Shown: positions 31,838-42,780, numbered from the stretch's first letter. The stretch is DNA of 64,000 nt from an uncultured Arcobacter sp. (GCA_965140705.1 OZ223300.1:1344001-1408000); one strand, 5' to 3'. Numbers and translations are program-made. Notes: a model not told the origin generated them from the sequence alone.

Positions 31838-31957
31838 TATCAGCTCCAATTATTCTTGACAGATTATAGCAAATAATTTTTAAAATAATTTTCTTTTTGA
31901 TACTTGTATAGTTAAGTAAGGTAAATTTAATTAATAAAATCTTAAGCTAACTTTAAA

Positions 31958-31963
31958 TATAAT
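31958..31963 (+). promoter_or_regulatory. -10 box of the rpmJ-alpha operon promoter
   Basis: TATAAT ~6 nt before a structured leader; upstream gene is divergent. Confidence 0.6.
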
Positions 31964-31968
31964 CCAAT

Positions 31969-32114
31969 TCCATTTTTCAACCACAAAAGAGTTTTTTATA
32001 AAAATTTTGTGTTTTATAAAGAGTTGGTAGGAAGAGCGCAAGTGGACATAAGTATTATATATAAGTGAAGTAGTTCACTTTTTATTCACGCTTCTTGCCT
32101 GTTGAAAATGTGGA
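31969..32114 (+). ncRNA. Putative structured 5' leader of the rpmJ-rpsM operon
   Basis: Nested helices ttttcaac/gttgaaaa, cacaaaa/ttttgtg, ggtaggaag/cttcttgcc, aagtgaa/ttcactt. Confidence 0.55.
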
Positions 32115-32138
32115 TAATAAACACAAAGGAAAGCAACT

Positions 32139-32252
32139 ATGAAAGTTAGAGCTTCGGTAAAAAAAATGTGTGACAAATGTAAAGTTGTCAAAAGAAGAGG
32201 GATCGTAAGAGTTATTTGCGAGAACAAAAAACACAAACAAAGACAAGGATAA
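32139..32252 (+). CDS. rpmJ: 50S ribosomal protein L36 (absent from ORF track)
   Basis: Manual translation [37 protein letters not shown]; aagga RBS. Confidence 0.97.
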   Translation: MKVRASVKKMCDKCKVVKRRGIVRVICENKKHKQRQG

Positions 32253-32254
32253 TC

Positions 32255-32617
32255 ATGGCAAGAATTGCGGGTGTTGATTTACCAAACAAGAAAAGAATGG
32301 AATACGCATTAACGTATATTTTTGGAATTGGGTTATATAACTCAAGATTAATCCTTGATGCTACTGGGATATCTTATGACAAAAGAGCTCATGAGTTAAC
32401 AGAAGATGAAGCAGCAGCTATCAGACTAGAGATTCAAAAAAACTACCAAGTTGAAGGGGATCTTAGAAAAAAAGTAGCTATGGATATTAAATCACTTATG
32501 GACTTAGGTTCTTATAGAGGATTAAGACATAGAAAAGGTTTACCGTGTAGAGGGCAAAAAACTAAAACTAATGCTCGAACTAGAAAAGGTAAAAAAAGAA
32601 CTGTTGGTGCAGCGTAA
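32255..32617 (+). CDS. rpsM: 30S ribosomal protein S13
   Basis: [10 protein letters not shown]..., [20 protein letters not shown]; start corrected to ATG 32255. Confidence 0.97.
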   Translation: MARIAGVDLPNKKRMEYALTYIFGIGLYNSRLILDATGISYDKRAHELTEDEAAAIRLEIQKNYQVEGDLRKKVAMDIKSLMDLGSYRGLRHRKGLPCRGQKTKTNARTRKGKKRTVGAA

Positions 32618-32626
32618 GGATAAACA

Positions 32627-33019
32627 ATGGCAAAAAGAAAAGTAACTAGAAAAAAAGTAGTAAAAAAGAATATTGCTGATGGTATCGTTCATATTGCGGC
32701 ATCATTTAACAATACTATGGTAACAATAACTGATAGAGCTGGAAATGCAATCGCATGGAGTTCTGCTGGAAACTTAGGTTTCAAAGGTAGTAAAAAATCT
32801 ACTCCTTTTGCTGCTCAAGCTGCAGTAGAAGATGCAATGGCAAAAGCAATTGAACACGGTATCAAAAATGTTGGTATCAAAATTCAAGGACCAGGTTCAG
32901 GTAGAGATACAGCTGTTAAAGCTGTAGGAGCTATGGAAGGCATCAGAGTTTCATGGTTAAAGGACGTTACACCGTTACCACATAATGGTTGTAGAGCTCC
33001 TAAGAGAAGAAGAGTGTAA
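32627..33019 (+). CDS. rpsK: 30S ribosomal protein S11
   Basis: [30 protein letters not shown]. Confidence 0.98.
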   Translation: MAKRKVTRKKVVKKNIADGIVHIAASFNNTMVTITDRAGNAIAWSSAGNLGFKGSKKSTPFAAQAAVEDAMAKAIEHGIKNVGIKIQGPGSGRDTAVKAVGAMEGIRVSWLKDVTPLPHNGCRAPKRRRV

Positions 33020-33029
33020 GGAGTAGTAC

Positions 33030-33656
33030 ATGGCAAGATATAGAGGACCAGTAGAAAAAATCGAGAGAAGACTTGATGCAGACCTTGGATTAAAAGGTGA
33101 AAGAAGACTTAACGGAAAATCTGCATTAGAAAAAAGACCATTCGCTCCAGGACAACACGGACAAAGAAGAACTAAACTTTCTGAGTACGGTTTACAACTA
33201 AGAGAGAAACAAAAAGCTAAGTTTATGTACGGTGTATCTGAAAAACAATTCAGAAAATATTTTAAAGAAGCAGCAAGAAGAGAAGGTAATACAGGATCTA
33301 ACTTAATTACTTTAATCGAACAAAGATTAGACAATGTTGTTTATAGAATGGGATTTGCTACAACTAGAGCAAATGCTAGACAATTTACAACTCACGGTCA
33401 TATCTTAGTTGATGGACAAAAAGTTGATATCCCTTCTTTCGTAGTAAAACCAGGGCAAAAAATTGAGATTAAAGAGAAATCTAAAACTAATCCTCAAATA
33501 GTAAGAGCTTTAGAATTAACTAATCAAACAGGAATGGTTGAATGGGTTGATGTTGATAAAGACAAAGCATTTGGTATTTTTACTAGAATTCCTACAAGAG
33601 AAGAAGTAGTTATTCCTGTTGAAGAAAGATTAATCGTAGAGTTATATTCTAAATAA
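33030..33656 (+). CDS. rpsD: 30S ribosomal protein S4
   Basis: [33 protein letters not shown]. Confidence 0.98.
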   Translation: MARYRGPVEKIERRLDADLGLKGERRLNGKSALEKRPFAPGQHGQRRTKLSEYGLQLREKQKAKFMYGVSEKQFRKYFKEAARREGNTGSNLITLIEQRLDNVVYRMGFATTRANARQFTTHGHILVDGQKVDIPSFVVKPGQKIEIKEKSKTNPQIVRALELTNQTGMVEWVDVDKDKAFGIFTRIPTREEVVIPVEERLIVELYSK

Positions 33657-33675
33657 TAAATAAAGGTAGCAGCGT

Positions 33676-34674
33676 ATGAAAAAATTTGCAGACACTCCAT
33701 TTTTACCAACAGAAGTTGAAATCGAAGCAATCAGTGAAACTGAGGCTAAGATTTCTGCATATCCATTTGAAAGTGGTTTTGCAATTACATTAGCGCACCC
33801 ATTAAGAAGACTTCTTCTATCAAGTTCAGTTGGATATTCTCCGATTGCGGTTAAAATAGAAGGAGCAAGCCACGAGTTTGATTCTTTAAGAGGTATGCTA
33901 GAAGATATTGCTATTTTTATTATCAATCTTAAAAATATTAAATTTAAAATTCTAAGTGATGAAAACCAAGTAGAAGTTGAATATTCTTTCAATGGACCTA
34001 AAGAAATTAAAGGTTCTGACTTAGTAAACTCTGATGTTGAAATTGTAAGTCCAGAAGCTCATTTAGCTACAATCAATGCTGATTGTAACTTGACTTTCTC
34101 TGTTATTATTCAAAAAGGTATTGGTTATATGCCTTCTGAAGATATTAGAGATATGGTTTCTAGTGATTATATTCCACTTGATGCTTTCTTCACTCCAGTA
34201 AAAAAAGTTGTTTATGATATTGAAAAAATGCTAGTAGAAGACAACCCTAACTTTGAAAAAGCTGTATTTACAGTTCAAACAAATGGGCAAATTACACCAA
34301 TCAATGCTTTCAAAGAAGCAGTTTCTGTAATGTATTCTCAAATGTCAGTATTCAATAAAGTTTTCGATTTATCTGAAGTTACAGTTAGTGATTCAACTGA
34401 AGAACCTGTAGAATTAAAAGATTTAATTGTTAAAATTGACGATTTAAATTTAAGTGCTAGAAGTTTTAACTCTCTTGATAGAGCAGGGTTAAAATACTTA
34501 GGTGAATTAGTACTTATGAGTGAAGTAGAAGTTAAAAATATCAAAAACTTAGGAAAAAAATCTTATGACGAGATTGCTGAAAAACTAGCATCTTTAGGAT
34601 TCCCAGTTGAAAATACACTTCCAGAAAATATTGCATCAGCTTTAAGAAGAAAGCTAGAGCAGTTTAAAGCATAA
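33676..34674 (+). CDS. rpoA: RNA polymerase alpha subunit
   Basis: PFESGFAITLAHPLRRLLLSS, LSARSFNSL, NLGKKS. Confidence 0.97.
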   Translation: MKKFADTPFLPTEVEIEAISETEAKISAYPFESGFAITLAHPLRRLLLSSSVGYSPIAVKIEGASHEFDSLRGMLEDIAIFIINLKNIKFKILSDENQVEVEYSFNGPKEIKGSDLVNSDVEIVSPEAHLATINADCNLTFSVIIQKGIGYMPSEDIRDMVSSDYIPLDAFFTPVKKVVYDIEKMLVEDNPNFEKAVFTVQTNGQITPINAFKEAVSVMYSQMSVFNKVFDLSEVTVSDSTEEPVELKDLIVKIDDLNLSARSFNSLDRAGLKYLGELVLMSEVEVKNIKNLGKKSYDEIAEKLASLGFPVENTLPENIASALRRKLEQFKA

Positions 34675-34686
34675 TAAAGGTTAAAT

Positions 34687-35037
34687 ATGAGACATAAGCA
34701 CGGATATAGAAAGTTAAGTAGAACTTCTTCTCATAGAAAAGCATTGTTAAAAAACATGGCAATAGCTTTAATAGAGAGAGAAAAAATCGAAACTACAGTT
34801 CCTAAAGCAAAAGAACTTAGTAGATATATTGAGAAATTAATTACAGTTTCAAGAGAAGCTGATTTAAATACTCATAGATTTGTATTTGCTTCATTACAAG
34901 ATAAAGAAGCTACAAAAAAATTAATTAATGAAATTGCACCAAAATACGTAGGTAGAAATGGTGGATATACTTCAATAATTAAAACAAGAATTAGAAGAGG
35001 TGATGCTACACCTATGGCATTCATTTCATTAGTATAA
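34687..35037 (+). CDS. rplQ: 50S ribosomal protein L17
   Basis: MRH...[30 protein letters not shown]. Confidence 0.98.
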   Translation: MRHKHGYRKLSRTSSHRKALLKNMAIALIEREKIETTVPKAKELSRYIEKLITVSREADLNTHRFVFASLQDKEATKKLINEIAPKYVGRNGGYTSIIKTRIRRGDATPMAFISLV

Positions 35038-35059
35038 TTGCTAATTAAACTTGTTTGTC

Positions 35060-35098
35060 AAAAAGGGAAGGAGAGCATTGCTCTTCTTCCCTTTTTTT
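35060..35098 (+). terminator. Intrinsic terminator of the alpha operon
   Basis: aaaagggaaggagagc-att-gctcttcttcccttttttt. Confidence 0.85.
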
Positions 35099-35184
35099 AT
35101 ATAATACAATTAAAAATTATTTTTAGAATTTAATCAATTTTTTTGTATAATCACGATATTTTTACAATTGATTAGGAGTAATAG

Positions 35185-36546
35185 TTGATAACATTAAAAG
35201 AAGCACTTTTATTAACAAATGACGAGATAACTAAATTAAGAAACGAACTAACTGATAAAATAAGAAATAATAGCATTGGTGCCTATGTAGAACAATTAAC
35301 TAATACAGATATAAATATTTCAGGTTCTGGAATACCAATAGCAATAAAAGATATTATAAATGTAAAAGATTGGAATATAACTTGTTGTAGTAATATTTTA
35401 AAAGGGTATGTATCTCCTTATGATGCAACTGTAATTAAAAACTTAAAAGAAGCAGGATTAAGTCCATTTGGAAGAGCAAATATGGATGAGTTTGCAATGG
35501 GAAGTTCAACTGATACCTCTTGTTATGGTAAGACTTTAAATCCTCATAATCCAAATAAAACAGCTGGTGGAAGTTCAGGTGGTAGTGCTGCTGCTGTTGC
35601 TGCAGGTATTGCAATAGCTGCACTTGGGACTGATACTGGTGGGTCAGTAAGACAACCAGCAGCATATTGTGGTGTTGTAGGTATGAAACCAACTTATGGA
35701 AGAGTTTCAAGATATGGTATTACAGCATACTCATCTTCACTTGACCAATGTGGACCTATTACTCAAAATGTAGAAGATGCAGCAATTTTATATGACATTA
35801 TTTCAGGATATGATCCAATGGATTCTACATCTGCAAATGTAGAATATGATGCAGTAGCTCCAAAACTTAACAGTGAAAGAAAACTTACAATTGCAGTAAT
35901 TGATAACTTTGTATCACAAGCAAGTCCTGCAATACAAGAAGCTTTTGATAAAGCTGTAAAAGTTTTAGAAGAAGCTGGTCATAAAATTGTTCATAAAAAT
36001 ATGTTAGATACAGATAAAATTCTATCATCTTACTATATTGTTGCAACAGCAGAAGCTAGTGCAAACTTAGCTAGATTTGATGGAGTTAGATTTGGAAATA
36101 GACAAGGTGATGCTGGCTTAAAAGATATGTATGTTCAAACAAAATCAAAAGGTTTTGGTGAAGAAGTACAAAAAAGAATTATGTTAGGTTCTTTTGTTTT
36201 AAGTTCAGGGTATTATGATGCTTATTATATAAAAGCACAAAAAGTTAGACATTTGATAAAAGATGAATATGAAGAGATTTTTAATGAGGCTGATTTAATT
36301 TTATCTCCAGTTGCTCCAACAACTGCACCAGAGTTTGGAAGCTTTAAATCATCTTTAGAGATGTATTTAAGTGATATTTACACAATATCAATAAACTTAG
36401 CAGGATTACCAGCTATATCTTTGCCTGTTGATAAAGATGAAGATGGTATGCCAGTTGGATTACAGTTGATTGGAAAAGCATATGATGAGCAAACAGTCTT
36501 TGATGGCGCTTTATCACTAGAAAAAGCAGTAAATTATAAAAAGTAA
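35185..36546 (+). CDS. gatA: Asp/Glu-tRNA amidotransferase subunit A
   Basis: GGSSGGSAA, GTDTGGSVRQPA, NLARFDGVRFG, FVLSSGYYDAYY; TTG start. Confidence 0.96.
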   Translation: MITLKEALLLTNDEITKLRNELTDKIRNNSIGAYVEQLTNTDINISGSGIPIAIKDIINVKDWNITCCSNILKGYVSPYDATVIKNLKEAGLSPFGRANMDEFAMGSSTDTSCYGKTLNPHNPNKTAGGSSGGSAAAVAAGIAIAALGTDTGGSVRQPAAYCGVVGMKPTYGRVSRYGITAYSSSLDQCGPITQNVEDAAILYDIISGYDPMDSTSANVEYDAVAPKLNSERKLTIAVIDNFVSQASPAIQEAFDKAVKVLEEAGHKIVHKNMLDTDKILSSYYIVATAEASANLARFDGVRFGNRQGDAGLKDMYVQTKSKGFGEEVQKRIMLGSFVLSSGYYDAYYIKAQKVRHLIKDEYEEIFNEADLILSPVAPTTAPEFGSFKSSLEMYLSDIYTISINLAGLPAISLPVDKDEDGMPVGLQLIGKAYDEQTVFDGALSLEKAVNYKK

Positions 36547-36558
36547 AGAATAGGATAA

Positions 36559-38006
<1,448 letters not shown>

Positions 38007-38007
<1 letters not shown>

Positions 38008-38150
38008 AAAAGAGGTTTATAACAGCCTCTTTTTCTAAATTTCTGCGTTATCGCAGAAATTTTTTTACTCACTTACTTCAGTAAGCTCCCACAAAAAATT
38101 TTGCTCTTGCCTTGAACTTTAAAAAAATAGTCAATTATAAACCTCTTTTT
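38007..38150. repeat. 144-bp palindromic MITE-like element with 16-bp terminal inverted repeats
   Basis: aaaaagaggtttataa (38007-38022) / ttataaacctcttttt (38135-38150); internal hairpins. Confidence 0.7.
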
Positions 38151-38182
38151 GGTAATATTTATATTATTTTATAAGGCTAATA

Positions 38183-38860
38183 ATGGATGGATATATTTAT
38201 GTATTAAGTAATAAAGCTCTTAATAAGAATATTTATAAAATAGGTTTGACGAAAAAGAATCTTAATCAAAGAGTTAACGAGTTAAGTAAATCAACTAGTA
38301 TTCCAGTGAATTTTGTATTGGAATATTCTAGAAAAACAAATAATGTAAATTTATCTGAGAGAAGGATTCATCTTGTATTAGATAATTATCGATATTCAAA
38401 GAATAAAGAATTTTTTAAATTAAAATTAGAGAGTATTAAATTAGTAGTTGATAAGATTCTTGAAGATTTTTCAAATAATGATGATATTTCAAATATCTTT
38501 TATCTTCATAATGACTTACTTAAAACTAATTATAAACCCAATTTAACTGCTAATGGATATAAAATTTTAGATTTAATGATGTGTTCTACTAAAAATAATA
38601 GTTTACTTTATCAGTTTATAGATATGCGAAATAGTATAACTGATGGATTTATAAGTGCTGATTATTTATCTAACAACTTAAATATTAGTCGAAGAAGTGC
38701 ACAATATCATTTAAGAAAATTTTGTGAGAAATTTCATAAGTTAGAGTTATATTTTTATGATGAAGATATAAGTTTAAGAATATTTGAAGATTTGAGATAT
38801 GATAAAGGTGAGTTAACTTGGCTTTTTGATATAAGGTTTAAGAAATATTTTTTTAGATGA
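38183..38860 (+). CDS. GIY-YIG (T5orf172-type) domain fused to a Rep_3-like initiator fragment
   Basis: GYIYVLSN...YKIGLT...RVNEL...TSIP...E..IH..L...R...KEFF; C-terminal winged-helix-like region. Confidence 0.7.
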   Translation: MDGYIYVLSNKALNKNIYKIGLTKKNLNQRVNELSKSTSIPVNFVLEYSRKTNNVNLSERRIHLVLDNYRYSKNKEFFKLKLESIKLVVDKILEDFSNNDDISNIFYLHNDLLKTNYKPNLTANGYKILDLMMCSTKNNSLLYQFIDMRNSITDGFISADYLSNNLNISRRSAQYHLRKFCEKFHKLELYFYDEDISLRIFEDLRYDKGELTWLFDIRFKKYFFR

Positions 38861-39068
38861 AAATAATGTTAATTTTCTATTTGTATATTAAGAAACTTAA
38901 AATTCTAAGGACAGAATATTTAGTTAAATAAGTATCCTAAATTCTAAATTCCATAGACAGGATACTTAATTACAAAGGCTACATAGAAAAGTTCACCTAA
39001 TCTTATAGTAAAATAACAATATAAATAAAAGCTAACTTTAGCGATAGCAATTAAAAACAGATTTTTTA

Positions 39069-39155
39069 GTTACTTATTTTATCGTTGATGCCGGAGTGTA
39101 ACGACTAAATCCTGAAAGGTAAAAAAGTAACAAAGTGTGACCCTGAAAGGGCACA
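39069..39155. repeat. Structured palindromic element between convergent genes
   Basis: gttactt/aagtaac, tcgtt/aacga, two cctgaaagg hairpins. Confidence 0.5.
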
Positions 39156-39219
39156 AGAAAGATTATTTATAAGTAGTTTTTTGAGTATTATGAGATAAGT
39201 TATAAATTTCACTATTTAT

Positions 39220-39555
39220 TTAAAATATAATACTCTCAGTTATTCCCAACACTTTATTTAAACTCTCTTCATCTAGTTTTTCTACGAATTTTACTTTTCT
39301 TGTATTGTAATCTATTGATTTGATTTGCTCACACATTATGAAGCCTGTTAGGTTTTTACTTTTTACTTCTATGTGAAAGGGGAAGTTTCTGTCTGTGTTT
39401 GTTATAGGGCAGGCTATTGCTAGACCTAGAGCTTTATTGAAAGCTTCGTTGCTTATTATTAGGGCTGGTCGTCTACCTTTTTGTTCGTGTCCTGCTGATG
39501 GGTCGAAGGTTAGGATTACTAGGTCACCTTTTTTTGGGATGTAGTTTTTTACCAT
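39220..39555 (-). CDS. mazF: MazF/PemK endoribonuclease toxin
   Basis: FDPSAGHEQKGRRPALIIS, CPIT, EQIKSID. Confidence 0.92.
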   Translation of the reverse strand: MVKNYIPKKGDLVILTFDPSAGHEQKGRRPALIISNEAFNKALGLAIACPITNTDRNFPFHIEVKSKNLTGFIMCEQIKSIDYNTRKVKFVEKLDEESLNKVLGITESIIF

Positions 39556-39794
39556 TCTTCTTTGCCTATTTTTTCTGTAAATTCTTCATTTGCTTTGTAG
39601 TTGTTTGGAACTTGTGATATCAATTCGTTTAGGTCATATTTGGGTCGGTCTTTTTTAATTGCTTCAATGATTACTTTACCATTTTCTATTTTTATATCTA
39701 CATTATCCCCAATATTTAGATTTAATGTATCCATAATATCTTTTGGTACTCTAAGACCTTGTGAGTTTCCCCATTTTGATATTTTAGCAGTCAT
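39549..39794 (-). CDS. mazE: MazE/AbrB-family antitoxin
   Basis: KWGNSQGLRVPK, C-terminal GKEEW; overlaps mazF. Confidence 0.92.
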   Translation of the reverse strand: MTAKISKWGNSQGLRVPKDIMDTLNLNIGDNVDIKIENGKVIIEAIKKDRPKYDLNELISQVPNNYKANEEFTEKIGKEEW

Positions 39795-39808
39795 ATTAAC
39801 TCCTTTTA

Positions 39809-39848
39809 TGTATATACAAAGTATATCATTTTATATATTTCTTGTCAA
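39809..39848 (-). promoter_or_regulatory. mazEF sigma70 promoter with autoregulatory palindrome
   Basis: Minus strand TTGACA (39848-43)-N17-TATACT (39825-20); palindrome tgtatataca 39809-39818. Confidence 0.75.
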
Positions 39849-39941
39849 TACATTATATTATTCATCTTATATTCATATTCACTTCATGTTGAATTCATAA
39901 TAATAGTTTAAAATCGGTCTAAATTATTATTTTAGGAGACG

Positions 39942-40391
39942 ATGATGAGTAAAGGTAAGGTTATTTTAGGGATAGCTGTTGTAGCTGTTTTAATTCAATT
40001 TATTCCTTATGGTAAGGATTATACCAATCCACCAGTTGTAAAAGAGCCTCAATGGGATTCAATGCAGACAAAAGTATTATTTGATAGAGCTTGTGCTAAT
40101 TGCCACTCAAATAAGACAACTTATCCATGGTATAGCAAAGTTGCACCTATTTCTTGGTTAGTTGCAGCTGATGTTGAAGAGGGTAGAGACCATTTAAATG
40201 TTTCTATGTGGGGTCTGCAAAAAAGAAATAAAGGCGATGAGGCTGCAAAAGAGCTAAAAGGAGGAGATATGCCACCTTTTTATTATCTTCCAACACATCC
40301 TGAAGCTAAACTTACTCAAGCTGAAACTCAACAACTTATTTTGGGCTTAGAAAAAACATTTGGTAGTGAAAAAGAACATGATAATGATTGA
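39942..40391 (+). CDS. Exported heme-binding (Haem_bd) cytochrome c domain protein
   Basis: ACANCHS, YPWYSKVAP.SW, GRDHLN, MPPFYY..H. Confidence 0.85.
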   Translation: MMSKGKVILGIAVVAVLIQFIPYGKDYTNPPVVKEPQWDSMQTKVLFDRACANCHSNKTTYPWYSKVAPISWLVAADVEEGRDHLNVSMWGLQKRNKGDEAAKELKGGDMPPFYYLPTHPEAKLTQAETQQLILGLEKTFGSEKEHDND

Positions 40392-40566
40392 TAAGTTTTC
40401 TAAACAGTTTATTTAATTATTATAGAAAGGAGAAAGAGAAGTTATTTTCTCTTTTTCTTTTCATTAACTAAATTTTTTCTCTCTATAACATTTCTTCTTT
40501 ATTTTTTATCAATTAGTTACTTTAAATTATTAATCTACACTTTAGAATATCTATATTAAACTTTTA

Positions 40567-40582
40567 TTGACTAAATAGTCAA
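40567..40582. promoter_or_regulatory. Palindromic operator upstream of the cupin gene
   Basis: ttgacta-aa-tagtcaa. Confidence 0.55.
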
Positions 40583-40603
40583 GAAATTACAAAAGGACTA
40601 GAT

Positions 40604-41056
40604 ATGAAAACTATAAAGAAAATAAAAGAAGATAAAAACTACACGGCAGTTGAGTTAGGAAATTTAGATGAGTTGATGGAATATTCACTTATTCATAAAG
40701 TTAATAAAAACAAAATAGAGGGTAAAGTATTTTTAAAAGAAGCTACAAAGTCAACTAGTACTGAGATATCTTTTAACTCTTTAGCCCCGAAAACAGAACA
40801 ACCTTATTTTCACATTCATTATAAAAATGAAGAATCATATATTATATTAAAAGGTTACGGCTTTTTTCAAGTTGATGGGGAATGTTTTGAGATAAAAGAG
40901 GGTTCTGTAGTTCGTGTAGCTCCTAGTGGTATAAGAGGTATTAGAAATGATTCTGATGAGACTATGATTTATATGGTAGTTCAATCAAAAGAAAACTCAT
41001 TGGAAGAGTATACAACAGATGATGGGAAAAGGGTAACTTTTGACCCAAAATGGTAA
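40604..41056 (+). CDS. Cupin-domain protein
   Basis: PYFHIHYKNEESYIILKG, GSVVRVAP. Confidence 0.85.
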   Translation: MKTIKKIKEDKNYTAVELGNLDELMEYSLIHKVNKNKIEGKVFLKEATKSTSTEISFNSLAPKTEQPYFHIHYKNEESYIILKGYGFFQVDGECFEIKEGSVVRVAPSGIRGIRNDSDETMIYMVVQSKENSLEEYTTDDGKRVTFDPKW

Positions 41057-41102
41057 AATAAGAGTATTATAAAATATTATTATAAAAAATGAAATAATTA
41101 AT

Positions 41103-41150
41103 TTGATAGTATATAATATTGATAGTATATAATATTGATATTGTATAAGA
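41103..41150 (+). repeat. 16-bp tandem repeat (2 perfect + 1 degenerate)
   Basis: ttgatagtatataata x2 then ttgatattgtataaga. Confidence 0.85.
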
Positions 41151-41160
41151 GGTAAATAAT

Positions 41161-41424
41161 ATGTATAAAGAGAAAATAATAGAATATTATAAATTATTAA
41201 AATTAAAAAAAGTAGATAAGTACTTAATCATCATAGGTATTATTGGTGTTATTATTGGCTTGTTTTTTAAAATACCAATTATAAATCAAATATTTGTATG
41301 GCCAGTTTTATTGGGTGTTTGTATAAGATTGTATGATTTTACTGAAAAAATAGAGAGAGAAATAGTTCCTTATGATTTCAATAAGTTATTGCCACCACCT
41401 CAAAAAAAGAGCACTAAAGAGTAA
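41161..41424 (+). CDS. Small two-TM hypothetical protein
   Basis: gaggt RBS; two hydrophobic segments. Confidence 0.6.
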   Translation: MYKEKIIEYYKLLKLKKVDKYLIIIGIIGVIIGLFFKIPIINQIFVWPVLLGVCIRLYDFTEKIEREIVPYDFNKLLPPPQKKSTKE

Positions 41425-41527
41425 GAATTTCAATTTAAAATAGTTAAAATGATATAATTGCATGAAATTAATAATTTTGTTAAATAAAAAGGAATAAAAG
41501 TAAAATGATAGTTGCGAGAAAATTGAG

Positions 41528-42136
41528 TTGATAAGTATTCTTTTATTAGAAGGTTTATCTGGTGCAATGGTAGGTATAACTATTATTTATATATTGGCTT
41601 CACTGATATTATTAAGATGGGTACGGATTGATGCTTATCAGCTTATTTTGTATATGACAGTTACTTTTTTTATCGCTATCGTTTGTGAAGTTGGTCTTGG
41701 TAAAGTGTATTTTTTGATAATGGGTAAACCTCTTTGGCAATATCATGTTTTACCTATACATGGTGCCTTTACTTCTCAATTAAATTTTATTATCTGGCCA
41801 GTATATGGTTTTTACTTGTATCTTCTTCATTATGTACTACTCTCAAAAGGCATTATTTCTCGTCCAAAATGGATACACGGAATAAGTTCTGGATTAGATG
41901 GTCCTTTATTAGAAATTTTAGCAAATGGTTTTTTTCTATTGTTTTATAGGACTTTTTATTTTTATTACTTGCCTGATGATATAAGGCATTATACATCTTT
42001 TCAAGTGATTCCTTTATATATGGTTATGGGAATTATTCTATCAGTAGTGGTGGAAAATATGTGTAATCGTCCACGTAAATGGCAGTATCCTATTATTTTT
42101 TATTTACTTGGTTTAGGTTTTATTTTCTTAGGTTAA
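41528..42136 (+). CDS. Hypothetical multi-pass membrane protein
   Basis: ~6 hydrophobic segments with internal repeat (E......W.Y / E.......F.Y); start uncertain. Confidence 0.65.
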   Translation: MISILLLEGLSGAMVGITIIYILASLILLRWVRIDAYQLILYMTVTFFIAIVCEVGLGKVYFLIMGKPLWQYHVLPIHGAFTSQLNFIIWPVYGFYLYLLHYVLLSKGIISRPKWIHGISSGLDGPLLEILANGFFLLFYRTFYFYYLPDDIRHYTSFQVIPLYMVMGIILSVVVENMCNRPRKWQYPIIFYLLGLGFIFLG

Positions 42137-42214
42137 AAAACTTTTAATGGTATGGTGTGTTTGGGTAAATTTTATATCTTGTGTGTGATATAAAAGAAGA
42201 CTCAAAAGTCTTCT

Positions 42215-42709
42215 TTAAAAGTGTTCTTCGATATCTTTAACCCAAGCTTCTATTCTATCTTTTGTTAGTTCACTTTGGTTATCTTCATCTAGTACTAAAC
42301 CAACAAATTGACCATCAACTACTGCTGTTGATTCTTCAAATTCATAACCATCTGTAGATGTAAATCCTACAACATTACCTGCTTTAACATATCCATATAA
42401 GTGACCTAAAGCATTACAAAAAGTATCTTCATATCCTTCTTGATCTCCAACTCCTATTAGTGCTATTGTTTTATTACTAAAGTCTATTTCTTCTAAATTA
42501 CTTTCAAAATCTTCCCAATCACCTTGTAAGTCTCCATCACCCCAAGTAGATGATGCTAAAATTAACTTATCGTATTGTTCAATATCTTCTTTTGATGTTT
42601 TTGAAATATCATGTAGTGTAATTTCTTTTGAAAATATATTTTTTACTTCATTTACAATCTCTTCAGTAGCACCTGTGTCACTACCAAAAAATAATCCAAT
42701 ATTATTCAT
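42215..42709 (-). CDS. fldA: Long-chain flavodoxin
   Basis: GLFFGSDTGAT, STWGDG, GDQEGY, LDEDNQ; ATG 42709. Confidence 0.9.
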   Translation of the reverse strand: MNNIGLFFGSDTGATEEIVNEVKNIFSKEITLHDISKTSKEDIEQYDKLILASSTWGDGDLQGDWEDFESNLEEIDFSNKTIALIGVGDQEGYEDTFCNALGHLYGYVKAGNVVGFTSTDGYEFEESTAVVDGQFVGLVLDEDNQSELTKDRIEAWVKDIEEHF

Positions 42710-42761
42710 ATTTATTCCTTTCAAATTTATAAAACGGAAATATAACATAGAAAAACTTAAA

Positions 42762-42780
42762 TAGGATAAAAATAGTCCTA
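42762..42780. promoter_or_regulatory. Rrf2/IscR-like palindrome between divergent fldA and DUF59 genes
   Basis: tagga-taaaaatag-tccta. Confidence 0.4.

Noticed and set aside
32216..32254. N-terminal extension of S13 in the ORF track
   Set aside because: Overlaps rpmJ in another frame; the true start is ATG 32255
39601..39900. 99-aa + ORF
   Set aside because: Antisense to mazE and its promoter
41103..41150. Possible CRISPR or iteron array
   Set aside because: Units are directly adjacent with no spacers, only ~3 copies, and no cas genes
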